A stretch of DNA of 64,000 nt from Octopus sinensis (lineage: Eukaryota), in contig NC_043004.1 of the NCBI RefSeq assembly GCF_006345805.1, forward strand, positions 88,474,001-88,538,000. Direction: 5' to 3'. This document shows, in pieces, positions 53,281 through 64,000 of this stretch. Under the pieces are notes generated by a model, which saw only the letters and a program-made list of their open reading frames with translations, was not told the origin of the DNA and made no database searches. Position numbers and translations under genes: made by a program. The number at the start of each line of letters is the position of its first letter. The stretch's first letter is position 1.

Positions 53281-54617
53281 GTTTGACTTGCTTTATATCT
53301 GTACAAGTTGGCTCCAAGTCTCACCCAGAGACCTCAAGAGACAACAGGTTGGAAGTTCACGCTGTTGTTATGCCTAGTGTGCCATATATTTGGGGGGGTT
53401 GGTGTTGTACTAGTGAATGTCTAATACGTAAATTAAAAAAAAAGTTTGTTTTAAACCTTGGGATTACATAGAGAGTATTTTGCGTAGGATATGAGCAGTT
53501 CCCATGAGCACTATCTTTTGAATTTCTGCCATTTTGGGTTTCCTGGTATCTGAGTTAGGTAGCAATCAGCCCCTTTCGCTATCATTCCCAGGGCACCTAT
53601 GACAACAGGTATTGTTTTAGACTTCAGGTTCCACATTTTGCTGATTTCTATTTCGAGATCTTTATATTTACTCAGTTTTTGGTAGGTCTTGACAGATACG
53701 TTTATATCGATTGGGACAGTCATATCAATGAGGAGGCATGTTCTTTGTCTGAAGTCTTTCAATATGATGTCTGGCCTATTTGCATCTGTCTTTCTGTCAG
53801 TTTGAATGGTGAAGTTCCAGAGGAGTGAGATGTGGTCATTTTCAAGTACTGGGGGTGGATTGTGTTCCCACCAGTGTTTTCATGGGGCAAATCCAGGTTT
53901 TTGCAAATTACCCAGTGAATATATTGTACAGCTCTTTCATTCCTGTTGAGGTACTCTGTAGGCGCTAGAAGACTGCATTTGGAGACAACATGATCAATGG
54001 TTTCATTTTGTTGTCGGCATACACGACATGTTGGGCTACTGCCGTTCTTTAATATGTTGGCCTGGTAGTTTCTTGTTGATAGGCATTGATCTTGAGCTGC
54101 TATGATAAACCCTTCTGTTTCAGATTTTAAGCCAGAGGCCATTAGCCATTGATGGGTCCGGGCTTTGTCAATATCTGCATTATTCGCTCTCTTTGGGTAT
54201 TTGCCATAGAGAGGTTTTTCTTGCCATTTATTATTCAGAGTATCTAAGGCCGCAGTTTTGGCACGGGTTTTCATGCGCCTAGCTTTTTCTGTGCTTGTTT
54301 CTTGTATGTCTATCTCTAATTCCGAAATTTGTTGTATTCGGAATTCACTTAGATATTCCTTTGCCTGTTTTGTTACTGAGTATGATGCTTTCTTGTTTTC
54401 ATGTTTTGAGACAAGTTTTAACGTCCAGTCCTCAGACTTTTTCAGGTAGGTGTCTAGGCCAATTGTAGCAATCTTCATTGTTATTGCCAGTTGTAAAAGT
54501 CCACGGCCTCCCTCTTTTCTTGGCAGATAAAGTCGTTCTGTATCTGCCTTAGGGTGGTGCATTCTATGCATTGTCAACAGTTTTCTTATTTTTCTGTCGA
54601 GTTGACATACTTTAGTA
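53280..54617 (-). mobile_element. 5'-truncated R4/Dong-like RLE LINE inserted in (TAA)n
   Basis: HPKADTERLYLPRKEGGRGL (post-RT), CRVCRQQNETIDHVVSKC (zinc knuckle), RPD...LIDMTVPIDINVSVKTYQKLSKYKDL (RLE), IGALGMI; (TTA)n on both sides. Confidence 0.93.
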
Positions 54618-54700
<83 letters not shown>

Positions 54701-54714
54701 CATTATTATTATTA

Positions 54715-55150
54715 TTAGAGCTGTGAGATGGCATAATCGTTAGCACAACGGAGAAGTTACTTAGCCGCATTTCTTCTGACTTCACGCACCGAGTTCAAAT
54801 TCAGTCGAGGTCGACTTTAACTTTCATCATCTTGGCGTTGATAAAATATGTACCAGTTCAGCACTGGAATTGACCTAATCGACGATCTACCTCTCACCTA
54901 GAATTTCGTGCTTTGTGCCTATAATAGAAAGTAATACTAAAGCGGCAGACAGGCAAAAATCGTTAGCATGCCCGACAAGATGTTTAGTGGCATTTCTTAC
55001 GACTTTACGTTCTGTGTTCAAATTACACCGAGTTTGGCTTTGCCTTTTATCCTTTCGAGGTCTATAAATCTGTACCAGTTAAGTACTGGGATCGATGTAA
55101 TCAACTTCCTTCCTCACTGAAAACCGGCTGATCTTGTGCCAAAATTTGAA
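54715..55150 (+). mobile_element. Two adjacent diverged SINE type A copies
   Basis: atcgttagca...gagttcaaattc...gaggtcgacttt...gtaccagtt...tgtgcc occurs twice. Confidence 0.7.
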
Positions 55151-56882
55151 ACTATTATGATTATTATCATTAGGATTATTTCCCTTCATTTTATAAAATT
55201 TGATTACATTATTAAACCGTGGCATATGCTCTAATACGTTTTGCATCGATTACTGTGAATACAACCAGAAAATTGCTAAAGAACCAGCAAATAAATATCT
55301 TAGTTCCAAGGAACTTCAGAGGTTTTTAGCATGTATTCAGACGTGATGGGTATTAATTAAAAAAAAATTGTTTTTACCTGAACTTATTTCTTACATTCAT
55401 AAATAACAACCCATTAATAACTGTAATTAAGCACAAAAATTCCGAAATAATCATAACGAATTCCGTACGGAAGAAGCCGATATGTCGTCACACATATTAC
55501 GAGCAGATGTGAAAATTTGGAATGTCATCTGATTTGATAACAAATGCAAAAATTATTAAAAATTAATATAAGTTAATCGTAGAAAATGAAGAAAAATTAT
55601 CTTTAAAATTTTGAACGTGGAACATGGAAAGTGGAGTAGTGTGATCATTGATAAAATGTCGAAGTTTTACAATCGTGTTCCGGTTAACGTTGACAATAAA
55701 ACAAATTCTTGTCAAAATAGGAATGTAAAATATAATTATCAAGGAAGACACTTTTTTTTTTTTTAGTTAATTGCATTTTTAAACAAAAGTGAAATTATGA
55801 GACAAATTTGGAAATAACATTTGAATATTTCATAAAGAATCAAATCTTTGTAAATTGAACAGAAAAGAAAACTGCTGTGATAATTGCAATTATAGTTGGA
55901 AATAATAAGTGACGAATCACTAAATACATGCGTTTCCTTCAATGTTCCTCATTTTAAAAAGGTGAAGATAGTTCATGTGGATACCAAATGATATTCTTGG
56001 AATTAGTATACTGCCATAAATCTGTAGAAAGGTTAGAGTCGACTTAGACAGTGCCTAAAGAATGGAGCATATTTTTTCGGACACCAGAGAGGACTAAGTA
56101 GACCTTGGCAGTATTAGATTTAGGACAGTAGAAATCATGTATTCCGAACCGTTTCAGAATTACTTATATAAATACTGTAAAATATGGGCATGATTCCTTT
56201 TCATTCTGACACAAGTCAACTTGTCAAGCATATGAAGATTAAAATTTCATCTTTCATCTGAGAGGGTAATTCATTAATTGAATGACATTGATGATTTAGA
56301 GACAATCAAAAAATCATTTAGGTTTAGATGAAATGTTCTGGAAAAAATGCATTGAGGCAGCCATAGGAGAAATTCAAGTGCACATTGGAAGCGTATCAGT
56401 CAGATACTTACAGCTGTCATAAGTGGCAATATGCCAGTCACTAGAATTAAGTGGAGCCATCCGAAACGAACCCGAGCGGGAGTTGAGGGATATGTTGCCT
56501 CCCAAATTACTTGTAGGCGGGGAAATTTTGAATGTCATCTGATATATGACAAATGGAAAAGTTAGAGTTAATTCTTAGATAAACAATTCTTTCTTAAAGG
56601 CACAAGGCCAGTAAATGATGAGGAGAGGCGGGAGCAAGTCGACTACATCGACCCCGCTGTGTAGCTGGTAGTTTATTTTATCCAACCCAGAATGATCAAA
56701 AGCAAAGTTGGCCTCGGTGGGATTTGAAATCACCATGTAAAGCGCCAGGAGAAATGATGTTTAGCTTTTTGTTCGATGCGACAACCATTCTGCCAACAAA
56801 ATGAAGAATATAACCATTACCATCTTTTTAACATGAAAACATTGAAGTATAATCAATGATAACGACACGAATTTTACAAGCA

Positions 56883-57270
56883 TGTAGGAGTGGCTGTGTG
56901 GTAAGTAGCTTGCTTACCAACCACATGCTTCCGGGTTCAGTCCCACTGCGTGGTACCTTCGGCAAGTGTCTTCTACTATAGCTTCGGGCCGACCAAAGCC
57001 TTCTGAGTGGATTTGGTAGACGGAAATATATATATATGTGTGTGTTTGTGTGTGTGTGTTTGTATGTGCTTGTTCCCCCAACATCGCTTGACAACCGATG
57101 GTGATGTGTTTACGCCGTAACCTAGCGGTTCGGCAAAAGAGACCGATACAATAAGTTCAAGGCTTACAAAGAATAAGTCCTAGTGTCGATTTGCTCGACT
57201 AAAGTCGGTGCTCCAGCATGGCCACAATCAAATGACTGAAACAAGTAAAAGAGTAAAAGAGAGAGTAAAG
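56883..57270 (+). mobile_element. SINE type C
   Basis: Full family match with gtaaaagag tail repeats. Confidence 0.9.
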
Positions 57271-57639
57271 AGTAGTACTACGTTGATAAACAAACAAAAT
57301 TGTTGTGAAAATTAGAATATATTTTATAATTATCGTCGACAATGCCCAAATTGAACCAAAATGTTTTGATCCCTTTATGTTTTACATTGTTTTCATCATT
57401 ATAGATCTGATAAGCACTAGTTATATATTAGGCTCTAAAACAGTTATGCTCTCTTTCATTTTGCATCTGCAGACTTTCGAATTAGTAGAGGTCAGCACGT
57501 ACTTTCATCTTCACTACATTTGCTCAACGGCTGGAACTTTCTAGTGACAAGTCGACGCTAGAAAATAGGGCATTTTATACTCCAGTAATACTAAATATCT
57601 TGATAGAATAACAAAATAGTTGAGATAAAGAGTTTCTTA

Positions 57640-57870
57640 TTTCTTTACTACTCACAAGGGGCTACACACAGAAGGAACAAACAAAACGGACAAACGGATT
57701 AAGTCAAATATATCGACCCCAGTGCGTAACTGGTACTTATTTAATCGACCCCGAAAGGATGAAAGGCAAAGTCGACCTCGGCGGAATTTGAACTCAGAAC
57801 GTAACGGCAGACGAAATACTGCTAAGCATCTCGCCCGGCGTGCTAACGATTCTGCCAGCTCGCCGCCTTA
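57640..57870 (-). mobile_element. SINE type A (long tail) with ~17-bp TSD
   Basis: agataaagagtttctta at 57623-57639 and agataaagtgtttctta at 57871-57887. Confidence 0.9.
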
Positions 57871-58010
57871 AGATAAAGTGTTTCTTACACTGCGTAAAAA
57901 GAAATATGAGCTTTATATATTCCAGGCACAAAGATACGGATTATTTACTTTTGATGATGGATCTGAAAGCTTTTGTTTTGAACAAAAAAAACTGTTAAAA
58001 CATGGTGTTG

Positions 58011-59316
58011 TACGAGACGGTATCAACAAGTTCCTGGACTAGTTATGTTTAATAAGAAATAAGAAATAACTTTTTTGACACCATCTTGTGCATCAATACA
58101 CCGGTCTCAGCGTCCCTGTCACTTTTTGAATCCGGCCTGGATTCGGTAAGCGAGTCGAGGACCTTCTGCGACTCGCTCTTGATCTCGACAATGGTGTTAA
58201 AACAGCAAATTTGAGCTGCATTTTCATCTTGGGGAAGAGATGCTTAATCATGTACTAAATCTGGCGAATAGGACGGGTGCTGAAGCGTTACCATGTTGTG
58301 TTTAGCGAGAATCTCACGAGTGATGAGAGCTCGGTAACAGCGTGCATTATCGTCGTGAAGAATCGAATTGTTCGCGCGCCACAGATCTCCGCGCTTTCGC
58401 CGAATGTCCTCCCTTAAACGCTTCAAGACATCGCGGTAGAACTCTCGACTGACGGTCTGGCACGGGGGACAAATTCTCGACCGCGGTCATCGAAAAAAAG
58501 CTATGAGCATGCTCTTGATTATCCTGCAGCTCTGTCGTACTTTTTGAAGCACCCATGCCTCTCGAAACATTGCTTACGCCCTATTGCCTCCTTGTCGTAA
58601 GCTTGCCGAAGCATGCTCAATGATTTTGTAGCAGACTTTTTTTCTCTCTAGTTTCAGCTCAGAGTTGTGGCCATGCTGATGCACCGCTATTTTGCTACAC
58701 TGTTATTACTAAGAGCGTCATCTAATATGTGGCACTTGGTGAAGAATGGAATTTGATATAGCTACCCTCATTTGCCCTTCTTGCCCTGATGTAGGTTCAT
58801 CTGGAACTCTCGACAGGAAGAGGTCCAGCTTTGATTTAAAAACCCCTACATCCACTTTGTGCAAGTTTCTCAGACTCTTTGGGAATATATTAAAAAGCTG
58901 TGGGCACCTGAAATCCAGGCTGTTGCAGTAGCTGGTCCTGAAGCGCGATGGCCTTGCCGGGATCTTTGGTACTATGCAGTGTCATCTCGTTCCGGCATTG
59001 GTGTAGCTTCCAATGCCAAAATTTGGCACAATTCCTTCCAGGATCTTCCAGATATATTTTACTGCATACCTCTTCCCAAGTTTAACGCAAAATTTCACGT
59101 TGTGTCTGTTCCAGCTTCCTCTCTATGACAAACATCGCAGCATACACGTGATCACAAAAACCTAAATTTCACAACTTGCGAAGTAAACACAGTGATGTCA
59201 TTCGGTACACTGCCTCATGAAGGTCACATCTAGCTCTCACTGCGCACGCAACCGTGTGCTGACATCTGCCGGCCCGTTAAAGAAATAGTCCGAGAACTTT
59301 TTGATACCACCTCGTA
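58011..59316 (-). mobile_element. mariner (DD34D) element, internally deleted and interrupted
   Basis: TA-flanked TIRs tacgagacggtatcaacaagttcctggacta / (reverse complement) tacgaggtggtatcaaaaagttctcggacta; RHNVKFCVKLGK|SATKSLSMLRQAY N-terminus; LHDDNA and YSPDL motifs. Confidence 0.92.
58638..59071 (-). mobile_element. 5'-truncated CR1-type LINE inserted in the mariner
   Basis: RYAVKYIWKILEGIVPNFG...NSLDFRCPQLFNIFPKSLRNL...FKSKLDLFLSRVPDEP; splits the mariner codons KLGK/SAT; A-rich tail. Confidence 0.8.
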
Positions 59317-60537
59317 TGCAGGAGTCACCGAATGAGATGAGCATGTGGGGGATCTGCTAAAGTCAATAGCATGTTGGGTAAAATGCCTTGCAGTATTCAA
59401 GCCTGAAAGTTAAAGGTTATTAAAGTCTGTTTCTTTTTTTCGCATTATGAAAAGCTGACCCTTTTTACTAGTTTGTTTTAGTTCTTTAGCACAATGCTTC
59501 AAGTAAACGTCGCTCATCTTATGATAACACCGATAGCCTGCGGTGTTGAATTCAAATCACCCTGTGATTAAGGGAACTGCTCGAGGGTATTTTCCCTTTG
59601 AATCTCTATCGCATCTTCGTCAAGATCTTTCTTTCGCTGGTACCCAGTGAATAGAGTTAAGGACCAATTGCCAATGATCAGGTACAAGATATTTTATACT
59701 TGACTTTCTGTATATTTAAAGCTGTGTGGTCAAGTGGTTAGAGCGTTGCGTTCACAATCATAAAAATGTGGATTCGATTGCTGGAACAGGTGGCACGTCC
59801 CTCCCTTGAACAAGACATTTCATTTTATGTTGATCTGGTGTACCCAGGTGAAAAGGAGTAGCAGATTAGTGCTGATGAAGTCCTCTCTCCTTCAGCTGTC
59901 ACATGCTTGATGTTCCGCTTGATAAACAGTGAAGAGTGTCTCAGAAATCTTCTATATTTGCCCACCATCACATATCCCTCTAAAACAGTTAAAGGAAATA
60001 TCAGCACATGCTATCATGCCATATTCGTTTGCGAGTGACGGCCGTGATTTGCATATCGTAGTTCAGTGCTACGCAAGTTAGAGCGCTGCACAAAGGGGCA
60101 TAACAGTATTTCGTCTTTTTACACTCTCTGTACACGGCTTTGATTTTCTCTTCTCTAAGATCGATAAAATAAATAACTACATATTAAAAACTTGAGTCGA
60201 TTCAATCGACTCAGACCTTCCATTGCAAATGACACTGGTGCAATACAAGAAATCGTTAGGTTATTGATCATTGTCGGAATGAATAGCGGGATTTCAATTC
60301 ACAAGCCGGAGATGCCAAACTAGTTATCGTGAATGCATCTCGTCCAAATCTCTATCAATTGTGCCAGTACTTCAGCCTTCACAATCACCAGTAAGTAGAA
60401 ACGTTCGGATTTTCTAAGAGAATCGATCCTTAAAATCTCGCCAACTACAGACCAGGATAACTTGTTGAATAAACCGTATAAAAGCTTAACATACACAATT
60501 GCACCCATACGTTTGTTTATCTATCAATTGCTTTCTT

Positions 60538-60574
<37 letters not shown>

Positions 60575-60576
60575 GC

Positions 60577-60608
<32 letters not shown>

Positions 60609-61704
60609 ATGTGTGTATGTGTGTATGTATGTATATATATACACACACACAATCACAAACACACAAATAGATTATTAGTAATCCAACGAAACTGAAGTTC
60701 CGCCATGTTTGGAAGCTGTTCGCACCAACAAAACCCTTGATTCTATTCACATCAATAAATGAGTAGAGTTACCTGGTTAAAATGACATCGATAATTACAA
60801 GACCACTAAAGAACTAAATCTACTATTATTACAATTGTTATTTCTACTGTTGTTTATGTGTTATTCTCGGCCTACAAATTAACACAAAACTGACAAGTCT
60901 TCAAATTTTCCTGTTGGTACTTTTATAGCAATGTGTGTAATAGTCGCAGCAAAATCGGTAAAAGAGATGATGATGATGTTGATTAGATTTACGGGTACAT
61001 CGGGGACGACGTTGGCGTGGATGATTCAGTTTGGTTTTAGTGATACAGTAATAAAGTGTGATAGAGTTGTTATGGCTGTGTTTTGCGAAAGATGTGTAAG
61101 TGGCCATGTTTATAATGGCCGCACCGTTGAGTAATGATGAAAGCGACTGTGATTGTTGCTACTGTTGGTTTTTGTTATTGGTGGTGATGAAGGTGGTGGT
61201 GGTGGTGTTTGTATTGGTGTTGGTGATTGTGATGATGGTAGCGCTGGTAGAGGTGGTGGAGGAGGCATCGGTGAAAGCGGCTGTAGTTGGTGGTGTCGGT
61301 GGTAATATTGGTAGGGATGAAGGTCATTTTATACAGAAATCGTGATAGTAGTTATGAAGTCGATTTTCTCTTGGTTGTTCTAAAGGGAATTCATTTTGCC
61401 CAGAGCTTTCCATAATTTTTCTAAATGATGTATTAATGATTGAAATGGGTGAGTATGTTATTACTCATTTCGATGGTTAATTCCTGAAGGGACAACATAG
61501 GATGCGGGGTCCAGTCCTGGAGACACAGTAATCTCGTACGAATATTACTATATTACTATATTACATCACTAAATTACTTTATTATTGTATCATATGAATT
61601 AACAACTATATTGCTATGTTACAAAATATAACATTGCCTACAGGATAGCATTGTAAAGATAGCTGGTGGAGAGCAAGTGTCGGTGTTGCTATTATTGTTC
61701 TCGT

Positions 61705-61910
61705 AGTATTGGAAGAATCGTTAGCCGGACGAAATATTTAACGGCATTTCGTCCGTCTGTACGCTCTGAGTTCAAATACCGCCGAGATCGACTTTACAGT
61801 TCAGCCTTTTGGGGTCTATAAACTAAGTACAAGTCAAGCACCGGGGTCGTTTTCCCCTTCCTCTCCCCTCAAAAACTGCAACCTCTGTGACAAAATTGCA
61901 AACCAGTATT
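61705..61910 (+). mobile_element. Diverged SINE type A
   Basis: gaatcgttagc...gagttcaaataccgccgagatcgacttt... Confidence 0.65.
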
Positions 61911-62086
61911 GTTATTGTGGTTGTTATCATTCTTGCTTAGCTCCCAGTTAATAATAAATAGAGAACACAGAAACTGGCTATCCACGCTTTAGTATGCTCG
62001 TGTCTAATTTACATAAAACTTATTCAGTATTTCGTTTTGGGATTTGGTTTGCAAGATTCTTTATATGAGTTCGTGTGTTGAAGCAT

Positions 62087-62320
62087 ATTCTGTTGTGTCT
62101 GGGGAGAGTCATTTGCTTTTTGTGCCTTATAATTTAACACACTCACCGGTAAAATTGTCACTTATTCCTTATTTTTATTTTCCTAGACTATTGAAAGGGT
62201 TGCAAGACGCAACGAAAATTTTAGGAAAATAAAAATAAGGAATAAGGGGAAATTTTACCGGTGAGTGTGTTACATTATAAGGCACAAACGTAAATGACTC
62301 TCCCCAGACACAAACAGAAT
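62087..62320. repeat. ~98-bp inverted repeat pair around a 36-bp spacer (Penelope-like fold-back)
   Basis: Arms 62087-62185 and 62222-62320; spacer gactattgaaagggttgcaagacgcaacgaaaattt. Confidence 0.85.
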
Positions 62321-62689
62321 TATTCAGTATATATTCAGTACATACTTTATTAAACATAAGACGTGATTTCGGTTGCTATTTCTAGCCGGTTGTGCGGCAG
62401 GTAGAGGATTTATTTTGTCCGTTCAGTATATGTAGCTGCAGTGCATGCATCATGGTAGCATTTGTAAGCAAAGAGATCTCCAAATACTTTGAAGCTTTGC
62501 AATAAATGCAAAGAAATGTGGGAGTTTAAAATGGGTTGTTCATGTGTAAGTAATGTGAACGTAATGATGTGGATGTGTTTTATTGGCAAAATGTTTTAGA
62601 GCTGTTAAATGATATTTAGATGGTTTTTCCCACATGGCAAGATAAAATAGAAGCCTCACGCAGGCTCAGAGAAAATATGCATGCATATA

Positions 62690-62698
62690 CATACATAT

Positions 62699-62767
<69 letters not shown>

Positions 62768-62856
62768 TTATATATTATACATATATATATATAATACATG
62801 TATATATATATATACATATATTTATATGTACATATATATATACATATATTTATATG

Positions 62857-62915
<59 letters not shown>

Positions 62916-62921
62916 ATATAT

Positions 62922-62964
<43 letters not shown>

Positions 62965-63054
62965 ATATGTAGATATATATATATATTATTTATACACACA
63001 TATATACACACACATACATACTTACATGCATGCATACATACATACATACATACA

Positions 63055-63090
<36 letters not shown>

Positions 63091-63230
63091 TATGTAGATA
63101 TATATATATATTATATATATATATATATATACATATATTTATATGTACATATATATATACATATATTTATATGTACATATATATATACATATATATATAT
63201 GTACATATGTGCTTATGTATATATTAAGTA
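62690..63230. repeat. Long degenerate (TA)n/(TACA)n tract
   Basis: Directly visible; source of ORF 62620..63237. Confidence 0.95.
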
Positions 63231-63379
63231 TGTGTGAGTGTATGTGTGTTTGTTTGTTTGTGTGTGTGTGTGTGTGCGTGTGCACTGTTTAGTCCATTCT
63301 AAATGGACTAAACAGAACAGGAAGAAATACGTGGAATGGACTGTAGCTGAAGGGGTCACAGGATATACATATATATATA

Positions 63380-63442
<63 letters not shown>

Positions 63443-64000
63443 CGTGTGTGTATGTGTGTGTGTGTATGTGTACTTGCAATAGCTGGTTCTTTTGGTTAAC
63501 CTGTTGCATCTCCAGCTGCTTCAGATACCAATATATTAAAAATTGCTAATGTTTAGTACAACGGTTTTGCTATGGAATGGTGAAACTAGTGTTTCCTTTT
63601 CTGAAAACGCAATGTTTTGGACTTACGACACTTTTGCATAATAGCAACGATATGTAATAACGTTTACAGGGAAATAACTTGACAGTGATTTCGAATTATG
63701 TATGTATGTATGCATATGTATGCATATGGCTACTAAAATATGGTTGTGAATTAAGTATGTATGTATGTATATGACGACTAAAATATGGTCGTATTGCATA
63801 TATACCATATATACCGAAAAAATAGCAGATGTGCAACATAGGTTTATGTTTGATAACAAACGTTTAGAGAGAAATGCCGCTTAATGGAGGTGGGGGTGGA
63901 GGTGACAGATATGTGTGAGCGGGAATATCTAATAAAAATCTGTTGGCTTAATATCATTCCCATCGCACGACGTAACGGTTCTTGTTGACCATATGATACC

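Noticed and set aside
60900-61330. GGT/GAT-rich ORFs 60931..61345
   Set aside because: Degenerate trinucleotide low-complexity sequence.

Overview
AT-rich, repeat-saturated animal genomic DNA. The SINE families and the extreme density of (TA)n, (TACA)n, (GATA)n and (TTA)n tracts suggest a coleoid cephalopod, probably Octopus; this is inferred from repeat content only. I see no intact host protein-coding gene, and almost all listed ORFs are microsatellite translations. Recognisable content: (1) about 30 tRNA-derived SINE copies of at least 4 types, several with clear TSDs; (2) decayed R4/Dong-type restriction-like-endonuclease (RLE) non-LTR retrotransposons, one group nested in (TAA)n tracts and a second group bounded by (ACAT)n; (3) three tandem copies of a ~556-bp (TTA)n-flanked unit; (4) a DD34D mariner interrupted by a CR1-type LINE 3' end, a DD37D (maT-like) transposase fragment and a Helitron-like 5' end; (5) many Penelope-like pseudo-LTR remnants carrying type-I hammerhead ribozyme (HHR)-like folds. 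The HHR set is the most notable signal: about 10 motifs from several unrelated families, three of them in fold-back structures, including a ~735-bp near-perfect palindrome with a U3-A8 variant hammerhead on each arm. All RNA folds were paired by eye, coordinates are approximate to a few bases, and no activity is shown.
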